A DNA stretch of 62,915 nt, the filler included, from Basidioascus undulatus (Eukaryota): assembly GCA_000826855.1 (NCBI GenBank). It is 6 parts of 6 records of this genome, joined end to end, with 100 filler letters (N's around TTAATTAATTAA, not from the genome) between each part and the next. Parts side by side here need not be neighbours in the genome. Positions count along the whole stretch, not along the records: positions 7,108 to 14,109 come from JTLS01001636.1; positions 14,210 to 21,209 come from JTLS01001637.1; positions 21,310 to 28,294 come from JTLS01001638.1; 3 more parts are not named here. One strand, written 5' to 3'. Within the stretch, counting starts at the first letter, position 1. Every line of letters begins with the position of its first letter. This document shows, piece after piece, positions 13,189 to 23,631 of the stretch. The notes beneath the pieces were generated by a model. It saw only the letters and a list, made by a program, of their open reading frames with translations, did no database searches and was not told the DNA's origin. The translations under genes and the position numbers were made by a program.

Positions 13189-13346
13189 CCGCCCGAGCGG
13201 CCTTCCCTCGCTCACCGTCATCCATCTCCCTCACACACCCGCATTCCAATTAATACCCAGTCTTCCTCCGTTCGCTTTTCAAAACTTTAATCCACTTCAG
13301 TCTTCAGCTCCTTTCAATACTTTAATCCATTTCATATCCAACCATC

Positions 13347-14109
13347 ATGCGTCTCACCGCTCTCCATGCCTCCCCCTCCTCTTCCTCGTCGTCGGGAGCG
13401 TCATCGCCGCCCCGCAGCGCGACGCCAACGACGGGCTTTGGAGCAGGGACAACCATGACGACAAAGACCTCAACAAGAAGACAAAGACCGTCACTGTCAC
13501 GGTGACTAAGAATGCCAGTACGCCCACTTCGCTAAATGAGCCCTTCTTACAGATGCTGAAGCTACTTAATATAGCGTCCACCACGGTCAAGGTAGATATT
13601 CATGAGAATTTGCCTGGAGGGGAGGGTCGAGCAAGGGGAGGAGCTAGGGCTGACAGGTTTGCATTTTTCTAGCCCATTACTACCACTACCAAGACGGTGA
13701 CGGTCACCAAGAACAAGGAGAAGGAGCCGGCGAGTCATCAGTTCAATAAATGTATCCCACAGAGTCCTCTGACCACGACCTTGTCGGCTTTCACAGAAGG
13801 AAACCGGCAAGAATGAGGTAGGTAGCCGATCTTTGGGCTCTGCTGTGCTGAAGACCATTGCTGATCACGCTTCATGTGTGGAAATCACAGAGGGACGACA
13901 AGGACCGCAAGGACTCTAAGTCCAAGAGGAGCTACAAGGAGTGGGACGTCAAAGAGCGGGACGTCAAGGACAAGAGCCGCAAAGACCGGGATGACAAGGA
14001 GCGGGACGTTAAGGACAAGGGCCGTATGGAGTGGGATGACGAGGAGGACTACTGGGGGAAGGACAAGAAGGGTGAGTTTCTGAAGCAGCGAGCTTTAGGT
14101 TCGGTTGAA
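13347..14109 (+). CDS. Secreted, highly charged repeat protein with a 1-nt frameshift in its signal peptide; 3' end cut by contig end
   Basis: MRLTAL(P)CLPLLFLVVGSVIAAPQRD...KTKTVTVTVTKNA; exons 13575-13591 (17 nt), 13673-13729, 13797-13817 (21 nt), 13891-14071; KERDVKDK occurs twice. Confidence 0.65.
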
Positions 14110-14209
14110 NNNNNNNNNNNNNNNNNNNNNNNNNNNNNNNNNNNNNNNNNNNNTTAATTAATTAANNNNNNNNNNNNNNNNNNNNNNNNNNNNNNNNNNN
14201 NNNNNNNNN
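14110..14209. other. Artificial contig linker
   Basis: N44-TTAATTAATTAA-N44. Confidence 0.97.
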
Positions 14210-16447
14210 AGATAATGAAGGTCTCCGATCCGTTCCTCCCGCTGGCGACGGAGACGGCCCACTTCTCCGCGCTGTCTGCCCAGCCGCAACCTCACGCCGC
14301 CGCGCCCCACGCCTATCCTCCCCAACCGCACCATCCTCATCAGCAGCCTTACCCCCCGCGCATGCCACCAGATCCGATGCAGATTCAGATGCTCCGCAGC
14401 CAGCAGGTCGCGGCGCTGCAGACGCAGCTTGGTGTGAGGGTACCGACGCCCGTGGTCGACGGTCTGGCGACCATGGCGAGTCCGACGGTCTCGAAAGAGC
14501 CGTTCCCGAGGCCGAAGTCAGCGAAGAGGGGTACGTTGTTTGTGCTCGCTGTATGCGCAGGGGAAAGTCCGGTTGCTGATGACCGTTCGATCGGATGGTA
14601 GACTCCGTGACGCCTAGTACACCGGCGGTGCGTCCGACGTGAAGCATGCCCTCTGAACTTGCGATGGTTGACGGAAGCGGGAATCCTGCATGTTGCAGTC
14701 CTCGAGCTTGCACCCCTCCGCGCCTTCATCAGCACAGCCGCTCAAGCGCAAAAAGGTTCAGTACGTGCCTATGCGGCGCGAAGTCGACACGTCCGGCGGG
14801 CTGGACCTCGACGCGTTCGAGGCGGACCGCATGAGCGCGGGCCAACGGAGGATCCCGAGAAGCGTGAACGAACTTGGTGCGCCTCCTATGGGTAGTGCCT
14901 TTTGGCTGATTGGCTGACGGGTGCTCGTTCACCTCAGGCACCGTCGACATCTACGGCCTCTCCCTTTCCCTCCGCTCCCGCATCGCCTCCGAGATTTCCT
15001 ATGCCCTCGTCTGCCTCACCCTCATCTCCACATCCAGCTTCGTCCAGGACTTCCCGCTCGAGCCATGCGAGGAGCTCTTCGACGATTTGATCGACCTCGT
15101 CGAGGAGGCGGCGTTCAACAAGCCGCTGCCGCACGAGGACGCGCCTCCGCCGCGACACGACGAGGGCTGGTCATCAGCGAAGATGTTCGAGGCGGACGGT
15201 GAGCGACAAACGGGCGACGACCAGCCGGACCTGCAACGGCGCTCATGGCAGGAGGAGCTGCACGAACTCATCGTCGAGGACGCGACGCGCTTACGGCCGC
15301 CCCGACGCAGTCGGAAACGGGCGGCGCCGTCGGACGAGGACGAGTGGGAGGACGAGGACGACGATGACTTGGGGGGAGCGTTCCCACACGCCTCGCCCCG
15401 CGCTCGCGTCCTCTGCGTCCTCAACCTCGTCCGCAACCTGTCGATGCTGCCGTCAAACCGGGCGTACATCGCGCATCGCCCACGCGCGATAGACGTCCTC
15501 GTGCGACTATGCGGCATCGGGCGGCCCGACTCGCCGGATCCCTTCAGCGAGCGCTTCGGCCCGCTCGAGGTGCTTCAAATACGCAACGACGTGCTCCAGA
15601 TCCTGTCGAACGTCGCGCCCGAGGTGCACCTCCAGCGACATCCGCCGTCGACGACGCGCGGCGTGTTCGAGCTCATCGCTGCGTACGCGTCGGACGAGAG
15701 CGAGATCCCCGCGCCCATGCCCGTCGCCGGCACCCGTCCGCATCCGTACCTCCCCCCGACCGAGCCGGGCGTGCCCTACTGGAAGGACATGGCGCTCGAC
15801 ACGCTCGCATCCATCGCGCTCCCCGACGGGAACCGGGATCTCTTCGCGCGGTGCGTGGCCGCCGAAGACGTGCACAACGCAATCCACGTCCTCGTGCGCC
15901 TCCTCCCCCTCTCGGACACGGACTTCGGGCTCCTCGCGACCGAGCCGTTGCTCGCGTTCGCCGAGCGCCTCTCCCTCGCCCTCTTCAACCTCGTCTTCCT
16001 CGCGTCCCCCTCGCTTAAGGTCCGCCTCCGCCGCGCGACGGGCATGCAGCGCGTGCTCGTCCGCATCATCAGGCGCTACGTCCACGCCGGCGGCGACTTC
16101 AACATGAACCCGTATGCGATCCTCGTGCGCCGCACGATCGAGACGCTCCGCATCATCAGCGATGGCGGGGACTCGCTCGAGGGCCCGCCCCACGTCGAGC
16201 TCTCGTTCGGGTCCAGCGGCGAAGCCGCCCCGCGCGCTGCGCCCGACGCGGGCGGCCGCAAGGTCGAGGGGAAGCCCGGGCTGCTCGTGGGCCACATCGA
16301 CGACCTCCTCCGCGCCATGGTCGTTTCCAATCTGGACAGAGTTAGTTCCCTCTTCCCGTCTTCCCTCTCGCACTTCCGCCCATGTGCTGATGCGTCCGCC
16401 GTACGCAGGTCGTGATGGTCGATCTGGAGCGCTTGCTCGAGCCGTAG
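14210..16447 (+). CDS. SWI1: SWI/SNF subunit Swi1/Sol1 (ARID1-like) C-terminal region; 5' end cut by contig start
   Basis: VQYVPMRREVDTSGGLDL...ELG/TVDIYGLSLSLRSRIASEISYALVCLTLIS...FPLEPCEELFDDLID...LNLVRNLSMLPSN...ALDTLASIALPDGNR, as recalled for fungal Swi1 C-terminal armadillo regions; last exon VVMVDLERLLEP*. Confidence 0.75.
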
Positions 16448-17049
16448 CCGTAGCCATCTAGCATGTCTCCATCGAACTTGTGTCGTCCTCTCCTCTCCCG
16501 CCTTGATTCCTGTCACCCGCATCGAGTCCGTCTGCGCTCCGCCCGCTCGCTCGCCGCTCTGTATGATGATCAAAGTACTTGCAAACCCACCACGTGTTTT
16601 GTTTACCTTGCGCATGCGCTGCATCATTAGAACATACACTTGCTGCAACGCCACTTGATCAATTGTTGCATTTGTATGAGCAAGTATGAAATGTGTGCAC
16701 GCCGACGGGGGCGTGGGTGCCGAACCAGGAGCGGACGGTGCAGAACTTCACCTTGCCTCTGTGCCTTTTCTGCCATCCCATCCTGCACGAATATGTTATG
16801 ACATGTTTTCTCATACAATGTCTGATCTAGGCCCTAGCAAGTGAAATGACCGAGCTAGCTGTGGTGCCGTTTCGCACATTGCACTTTTTCCATGCGAATC
16901 TGCGGAACTTCCACCACGCGGCGACAATTCCTGCGCGGGCTGCACGCATGGCTTAACACCGCTTCTCTATCATCGCACATCGTCTCCGCCTCGACTGACC
17001 AACTTACTTGCAACAATCTAATTACTGACATAAATCGTATCGGTATTCG

Positions 17050-20000
17050 ATGCTCACTTCGTCCCTCGCTCGGCGCACCCTGCGCCTGCCGAGGCTTGCA
17101 AGAGGCCTCGCCCACTCGCGCGTGCGCTGCAGTTCGCTCGTCCTCACTTCGAGTTTTGCACTCATTCTGTCGCTTTGCCATAGCCCAAGCTACCGCTAGT
17201 CTACTCAGAGGAAGTTCTCGATGCGCTCGAATCAGGGAAACCCGTCATCGCTCTTGAGTCGACCATCATCACGCATGGTGGGTCGGCCTGTTCCTTCAGG
17301 AACCCATCGACGACACATTGACATCTCTCTCGATAAATGCTTCCCAGGCATGCCCAAGCCGGTGAACCTCAAAACAGCCGAGTCACTCGAGTCAATCATC
17401 CGCTCGTCCGACGCGGTCCCAGCGCATATCGCGCTCCTCGGCGGCGTGCCGCACATCGGCCTGACGTCCGCTCAGCTTTCGCACCTCGCGCTCGAAGCGA
17501 AGGACGTCGTCAAGACATCTCGGAGGGATTTGCCGGGAGTGATGGCGCTTAAGAAGGATGGCGGAACGACCGTCGCGGGCACGATGCTGCTTGCCCAGGA
17601 GGCGGGAGTCAAGGTGTTCGTGACCGGCGGGATTGGCGGGGTGCATCGCGGCGGAGAACGGAGTGCGTGCGGTGGCGTTTCCGTCACTCGAATGACTCCG
17701 AATAAAGCTTAATCTCGGTATCAATAACAGCCTGGGACGTCTCTGCGGATCTGACTGAACTGGGGCGGACAAACGTGTCGGTCATCTGTGCCGGAGCGAA
17801 GAGCATTCTGGACACCGGCCGGACCCTGGAATACTTGGTGCGTTTTTTCGGCATTGCATGGAAGTCGCTCCAAAATACACTGATGACGTATTGTGTGGAA
17901 TTTGCAGGAGACGCAAGGGGTCACTGTCGCAACGATCGGCGACTCTCCGGACTTTCCGGCCTTCTACTCCCCTTCGTCCGGATTCCAAGTCCGTCATACC
18001 CTGTTTGCATGCACTGACCGCCGAACTGATAGACTCTTTACAGTCGCCTTTGCACCTCCTCACTCCGGAGCTCGCGGCTGCAGTTACCTGTTCGTTGCCC
18101 ACCTCCGGTCGTCTTCTCGTTCCGCTGACCTATTCCTCGGGCCAACGAGCAGTCGCCGCACGACCCCTCTCTTCCGGACAACTCTACTGCGTACCCATAC
18201 CCGCTACCCATCACGCGGCAGGTGCGGAGATCCAGCGTGCGGTCGAGCAGGCCGTGCGGGAGAGCGAGGAGAACGGCATCGCGGCTCGCGGGAAGGAGGT
18301 CACGCCGTGGCTGCTGGCGCGTGTAGGAGAACTTACGAAAGGCCAAGCCTTACAGAACAGTGAGAAAGATACTACAAAATTTTTACAGTCTCCGTAACTG
18401 ATTGGCTCGGGGCACATGGGAAGACATTGCGCTGATCGAGAATAATGCAAGGGTGGGCGGGAGGCTGGCGGTGGAGCTGGCGAGGCTGGAACAAGAAGAG
18501 AAGGCCAAGGAGCAGGAAGACGCAAGGGTACTTTGGGTCTGCGCTAGAGCGCAGTATGGTCTTATGCTCACGAGATTTTCTTTGCACCAGCGCCTCTATC
18601 CCTCCGCGAGCCCCTTCGGACCGCGAGGCTTCCCTCCTCGGGCCAGAGCACCTCCACGCTTCTCTCCTCCCACTCGCATCGCCCCGTCCGAAGATGCGGA
18701 CGCCACTTCTGCTGAGGAGGTGAGTAGCTGAAAATAGTCAGTGCCGTCCACGCAACTGCAATCCTCACCCGTTGTCTGTCCTGCAGCACCCCCGCGCCCG
18801 CCTCGTCATCGTCGGCGCAGCAGCGATCGACATCACCTCCACGCCCTCCGTCGCGCTCCCGTCCGAGCTGACCGAGACGACGCACCCCGGTCGCGTCCAA
18901 ATCTCCGCGGGCGGCGTCGCGCGCAACATGGCCGAAGCGGCGCACCGTGTCCTGCGGCAGACAGGGCGTACGTCCGCTCTTTCCCTGTTCACAGAGGGTT
19001 CCCTGCTTACCCTGACTGGCCATACCGCAGGTCCGCCAATCCTCGTCTCCCCCATCGGGAAGGACGCGTTCGCCGGCGTCGTGCGGCGCGACATGGAAGA
19101 GCGTGGGATGCGCACGGACGGCCTGATCGACGGGTACACGGCCACGCCCGTCGTTTCGCTCATGCTTGACCATAAGGGCTCGCTGCGCGAAGGAGTCGCG
19201 GACTTCCGGGCTGTCGAGGAGCTTCAGGCGGAGAAGGTGCGTGTCTAACACTGCGCCGTCTCTGGTAATGTTCGAACGTGCTGAGCTGCCTGAGAGCGTC
19301 ATACAGGTGCTCGAGGTTGTCAAGAAGCATGATCCGCGGGTGATCGCATTCGACGGGAACATCGGGCCGGGCGCGATCGAGGAGCTTTTGCGGCACGCGC
19401 ACTCGAACGACATCGAGAGTGCGTGCTTCCCCTTACCTCGCCGCACCCGTCCACTCACCAACATCCCCACAGCCTTCTTCGAGCCCACCTCCGTCCCCAA
19501 GTCCCTTTCGATCATCCCCGCCCTGACGTCCCTCCTCCATTCCGCCTCCCCCACGCGTCCACCGCTCACGCACATCTCGCCCAACCTGCTCGAACTCACG
19601 GCGCTGGCGTCCGCAGCGCGGAGCAGCGGGCTGACGGACCTGCCCGCGCACTGGGCCGCGCTCGACGCGCTCTCCATCACGCCGGCCTTCCGGTCGCAAG
19701 TGGACCACTGCCTGTCCTCGGGCGGGGACTGCGGCAGCTGGATGACGGACTCGGGGCTCGTCCAGATGGCCGTGCAGCTCTTGCCCGCTGTGGGCAGCGT
19801 GTGGGTCAAGTGCGGGGAGAGGGGGGTCGTGTTTGTGGGGCGGTTTGAGGAGGGCAAGAGCTGGGAGGGCGAGCAGAGCGGAAGGGAGAAGAGACAGGTC
19901 GTCCATCGTGCCGGGGACGGCGTGGTGGTTGTCAAGCACTTCCCCGCGCTCAAGATCGACGAGGGCGGGATCAAGAACACGACTGGTGCGTCCCCGTCTT

Positions 20001-20243
20001 CCTTCCTTCCCTCTTTCTACTTTGCTCCCTTCCCCAACAAAAACCTGACACCATGCACGCAACGCAGGCGCGGGCGACTCGTTCAGCGGCGCGCTCCTCG
20101 CGGCGCTCTCGCTCGCGGGCGTCCACGACCGCGAGCGCCTCGAGAAGGTCGTCGCGCTTGCGCAGGACGCCGCGGTGCTGACTCTCGGGAGCGACAGCGC
20201 CGTCAGCCCGCGGATCAACTTTTTGAGCGAGGGGGTTGCTTGA
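17050..20243 (+). CDS. Bifunctional pseudouridine-5'-phosphate glycosidase (PsuG/IndA) and PfkB-family pseudouridine kinase
   Basis: [81 protein letters not shown] motif; then [44 protein letters not shown]. Confidence 0.93.
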
Positions 20244-20836
20244 GGAGCTTGGGAGATGGAAAATGGGGATGGAGATGATGTGTCTATGTCGAGGAAATTC
20301 GAGTGGTGCTAGAAGGTCTTACCCACAGTGCATTGCATAGGTTTCGACTGCGAAACCCGACTGGAAAGCAAGCGGGTTCTTGTTTTGCGCTGGTGCTCGT
20401 CGGCTCAAACTCGCAGCAGGGTTTCTCAGAATCTATGAATCATTGAGATTCTGAAAGTTCTCGATTATTCATTCACCTTTTTCCTGGGCAGTGTCCGTGG
20501 AAAGGCGGCGAGGAGGTCGAGCAGGCCGTCGACCTCCCCGGCAGTCAGCGCTGCAGTGTTGAAATGCTGCACCGGCTTGCGGTTTGCTCTGCTGGTCGAA
20601 GTCCAATACTGGCATCCTCCATCCAGCCTTATTCAATCTGGGCAGCACGTTGCTCGAGGCATTCGCATGTCACATCAAGACACCGCAAAGTATTGTATCG
20701 TCCGCGCCATGTCCCGGGCACGAGCTCATCCAAGCGCCTACCCTTCCATCTTCACCCCAACTTCCTCTTTCTTCACCTTCCCAATCTCCTCAATCTTCAC
20801 CCTCCCCTCCTCCCCTTCCTCTCTCTCCGCCCCATC

Positions 20837-21058
20837 CTACCCCACCTCTCGCACCAACCCCTGCCCATCCTCCTCCTTCTTCACCCCCTCCGCCTCTCCT
20901 TCCCGAATCTCACCCGGAATCTCCGTAACCAGCCCCAGCGCCTCCCTCTCCGCCTGGCCGACCTCCACCTCCACGTCGCGCAAAAAGTCGTTCGCGACGA
21001 GGAAGCGGATCGTCTGGCTCAGGGTGGATAGGGACTGGCGGAGCTCGGTGTGCAGCAA
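20837..21058 (-). CDS. Last exon of an unidentified gene whose 5' part is beyond the contig end
   Basis: CTGAT branch and CAG acceptor at 21059-21061, then LLHTELRQSLSTLSQTIRFLVANDFLRDV followed by an E/G/K-rich tail. Confidence 0.55.
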   Translation of the reverse strand: MLHTELRQSLSTLSQTIRFLVANDFLRDVEVEVGQAEREALGLVTEIPGEIREGEAEGVKKEEDGQGLVREVG

Positions 21059-21209
21059 CTGCGCATTTTATCCACGCCTTTATCAGCATTTTTCCTCTCT
21101 CGGGAGGGGAAAGAGGAAGAAGAAAGCCGGCAGGGGGAAGAGGAAGGATGGGGAGGATGGTGGAAGATTGAGAGGGGGGGCCGAGACACGCAAACCAGGC
21201 AAAACAAAC

Positions 21210-21309
21210 NNNNNNNNNNNNNNNNNNNNNNNNNNNNNNNNNNNNNNNNNNNNTTAATTAATTAANNNNNNNNNNNNNNNNNNNNNNNNNNNNNNNNNNN
21301 NNNNNNNNN
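21210..21309. other. Artificial contig linker
   Basis: N44-TTAATTAATTAA-N44. Confidence 0.97.
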
Positions 21310-22543
21310 CATCAGTACAATCTGTCTGGTGTGTTGAGAAAGAGAAGGAAAGAGTGGGAAGAGAGGGAGGGGAACGGGTGGGGGAAGTGTTCTTGATGAT
21401 TGGCTTGATATCTTGAATTTTCTTTTTCTTCTGCTTTCTGCATGCGGTGCGTGTCTGCATGCGGTGCATGTGGGGCGTGCGGAGGGCTCTGCGTTGCAGG
21501 AGTTCTGCGTGCGGGCTGCACAGGCTGTTAGGCACGGTATGGGACATGTATTCATGTATAAGGCGGTTCGGGATCTTCAGTACCTCAATATCTCAAAGCG
21601 CTTCCGATCGCAGGCGGTCTCGGGCGCGGAGTTGAGTGGACGAAAGAGACTGTGAATAATGATGGGTGGAAGTGCACTTGAATGCACGTCGTGAGGTCGC
21701 TGCTTCCGATAAGCTGGGTGTCCTCAGGCGAGTTGGGCATTGTGTATCATGTGAAGACCTTGCCAGACCTAACATAAGTAAAATTTGGAACAATGGGAGT
21801 TGAGAGGCAATGCGTACGGCGTTCGGATGATATCCTGCTGTTGAAGTTGTCCTCGCTGCGCTGCGTAATAGCCGTTTACCCACACACCAGTATTTCTGAA
21901 TTTTGTCCAATTACGCAGGGTCTGGTATAGCTCTGGCTGAAAGAAGAGGAATATTGCTCGGGATTAAACTGGTACAGGGTGAAGATGATGATGACTGCAG
22001 GGATGGGCGGGTCGTCGATCAACGAAAAGTCGGGATTTTAATCTGGTGCAAAAAGGGTCTGTAGAAAGTAGGATTCCCCCATTGTTTTCAAATATCAGTT
22101 CTTGATGCAGCACTAGCTGGAGGACGAACGGTAATGAGCCGTGGACGCACTCAGATGAGGCGAGTGGCAGCATTAGCGCAGAACCTGTGAACGAGACGAT
22201 GAGGCTTCACTGCGAAGTCCCGTCTGGATTTTAGAGAGCATCCCTCATGGGCATGAGGAACAAACCCGGGTCACACTCACGTTTGAAGTGAAACAAGTCC
22301 TCATCCGAGAGCTCGCTCCCTCATCCGCTAGCCCGCCACCTGGACTCAACCGAGCGGAAAACGGCCCTCGGCGCAAGCGCTGCCAAGTCGGAGCCGCGAG
22401 ACCGCCGCCTGACTTTTTCTGACGGGAGAGATCCGTTGCTGGGCTGAGCACGCGCGAGCGATGACGAAGACTCCGGGGGCGGGAGGCGGCCTTGCGCAGA
22501 CACCGTAGGCGATCGGATTGTGGACGCGACTTATGCGGTCGGT

Positions 22544-23206
22544 TCAGTCGGGAGCAGAGTGTTGCGTGACGGCGCCAAGAACCCGTCCATGTCTGACAAT
22601 CTCGGTGCAGGGTGAGCAAGATGAGCATTGCTTGGGAGGAGCGGCAGCAAGGGGGGACTTGCAAGGACGCTTGCCGTGCTCCTTCTCATACTCTGCCTGC
22701 CACTTGTCTCGGTGATGGTGCAGGCCTGCCCCGACCTCCAGAAAGATATGCACACCTTCGCCAAGCCGGTTTTGGAGCAGCTTGTGTATGAGCTTGTCGA
22801 GCGCGTGCTTCAGATCCGCAATCTGCGCGCTGTACATGCTCGCCCCAAACCACCCGAGAACACCAGCCTTGTCCGACAGGATCTCCACCTGCATGAGCAT
22901 GTGAACGAGCGCCTGTTGTGCGTCCTCGAACGACTCCTCCTCGGGGCGGTAGAGCGCCCGCCACTCCAGCTCGAGGTCGACGGTCCAGGGCTCGTCCGTC
23001 AACAAGACTCCTCCTTCCCCCAGGAGGGCTATATATATATGGTTGACGTAGATGTTTCGGTTGCAGGCGGTCCAAAGAAATTTAGGCGCGTATTGCGCTG
23101 CGGGCTGACTGAGGTAGTGCATTGGCGTCGTAGATGATGAGTGCCGAAGGCCGTGCACGCGAAATGAAAGGAAAACATGCGAATCGCGGATCCTTTGCGG
23201 ATACAC
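22544..23206 (-). CDS. Hypothetical protein, possibly degenerate
   Basis: 220-codon ORF with a helical, coding-like core (WTVDLELEWRALYRPEEESFEDAQQALVHMLMQVEIL...); no family recognised. Confidence 0.35.
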   Translation of the reverse strand: MYPQRIRDSHVFLSFRVHGLRHSSSTTPMHYLSQPAAQYAPKFLWTACNRNIYVNHIYIALLGEGGVLLTDEPWTVDLELEWRALYRPEEESFEDAQQALVHMLMQVEILSDKAGVLGWFGASMYSAQIADLKHALDKLIHKLLQNRLGEGVHIFLEVGAGLHHHRDKWQAEYEKEHGKRPCKSPLAAAPPKQCSSCSPCTEIVRHGRVLGAVTQHSAPD

Positions 23207-23631
23207 GCCAACTTCAGAAAGCAGTGTCTTATCGTACCAGGACAGGTACAGCTCACTCCTTCTGTTCTTGATACTTTGGAGGTCCTCAGTGTTTGTTTAC
23301 AGTGCGTGAGTGTATATGTGAAACGAGAGGGGACCGTCAGGGCGACAAGACGCTGTTGTTTCCGAATAATCGGGCGTTTACCAGATTGCCTTGATCGTTG
23401 CTCGTTTTTTAGTACAAGCATCTGCCATGAATCTTATGCTTCGCCAGTCCGAAGCAGAGCAGCCAGCCCCATCAACAATGGATCTGCGAACCACCGCGAA
23501 CACACTGCTGCACTTGGGAGTACAATTCATCATCCACGCACACATTGGATGTTCTAGACACAAGCTTGATGAAGAGGGCTCACTGCACCCACAAATATCA
23601 CAGAGGCGAAAAGCTAATGCCCCGCTATTCA

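Noticed and set aside
18568..19980. Long antisense ORFs (also 35528-36829, 15507-16457, 1035-1901 and others)
   Set aside because: Shadows of GC-rich coding sequence on the opposite strand, with no independent motifs
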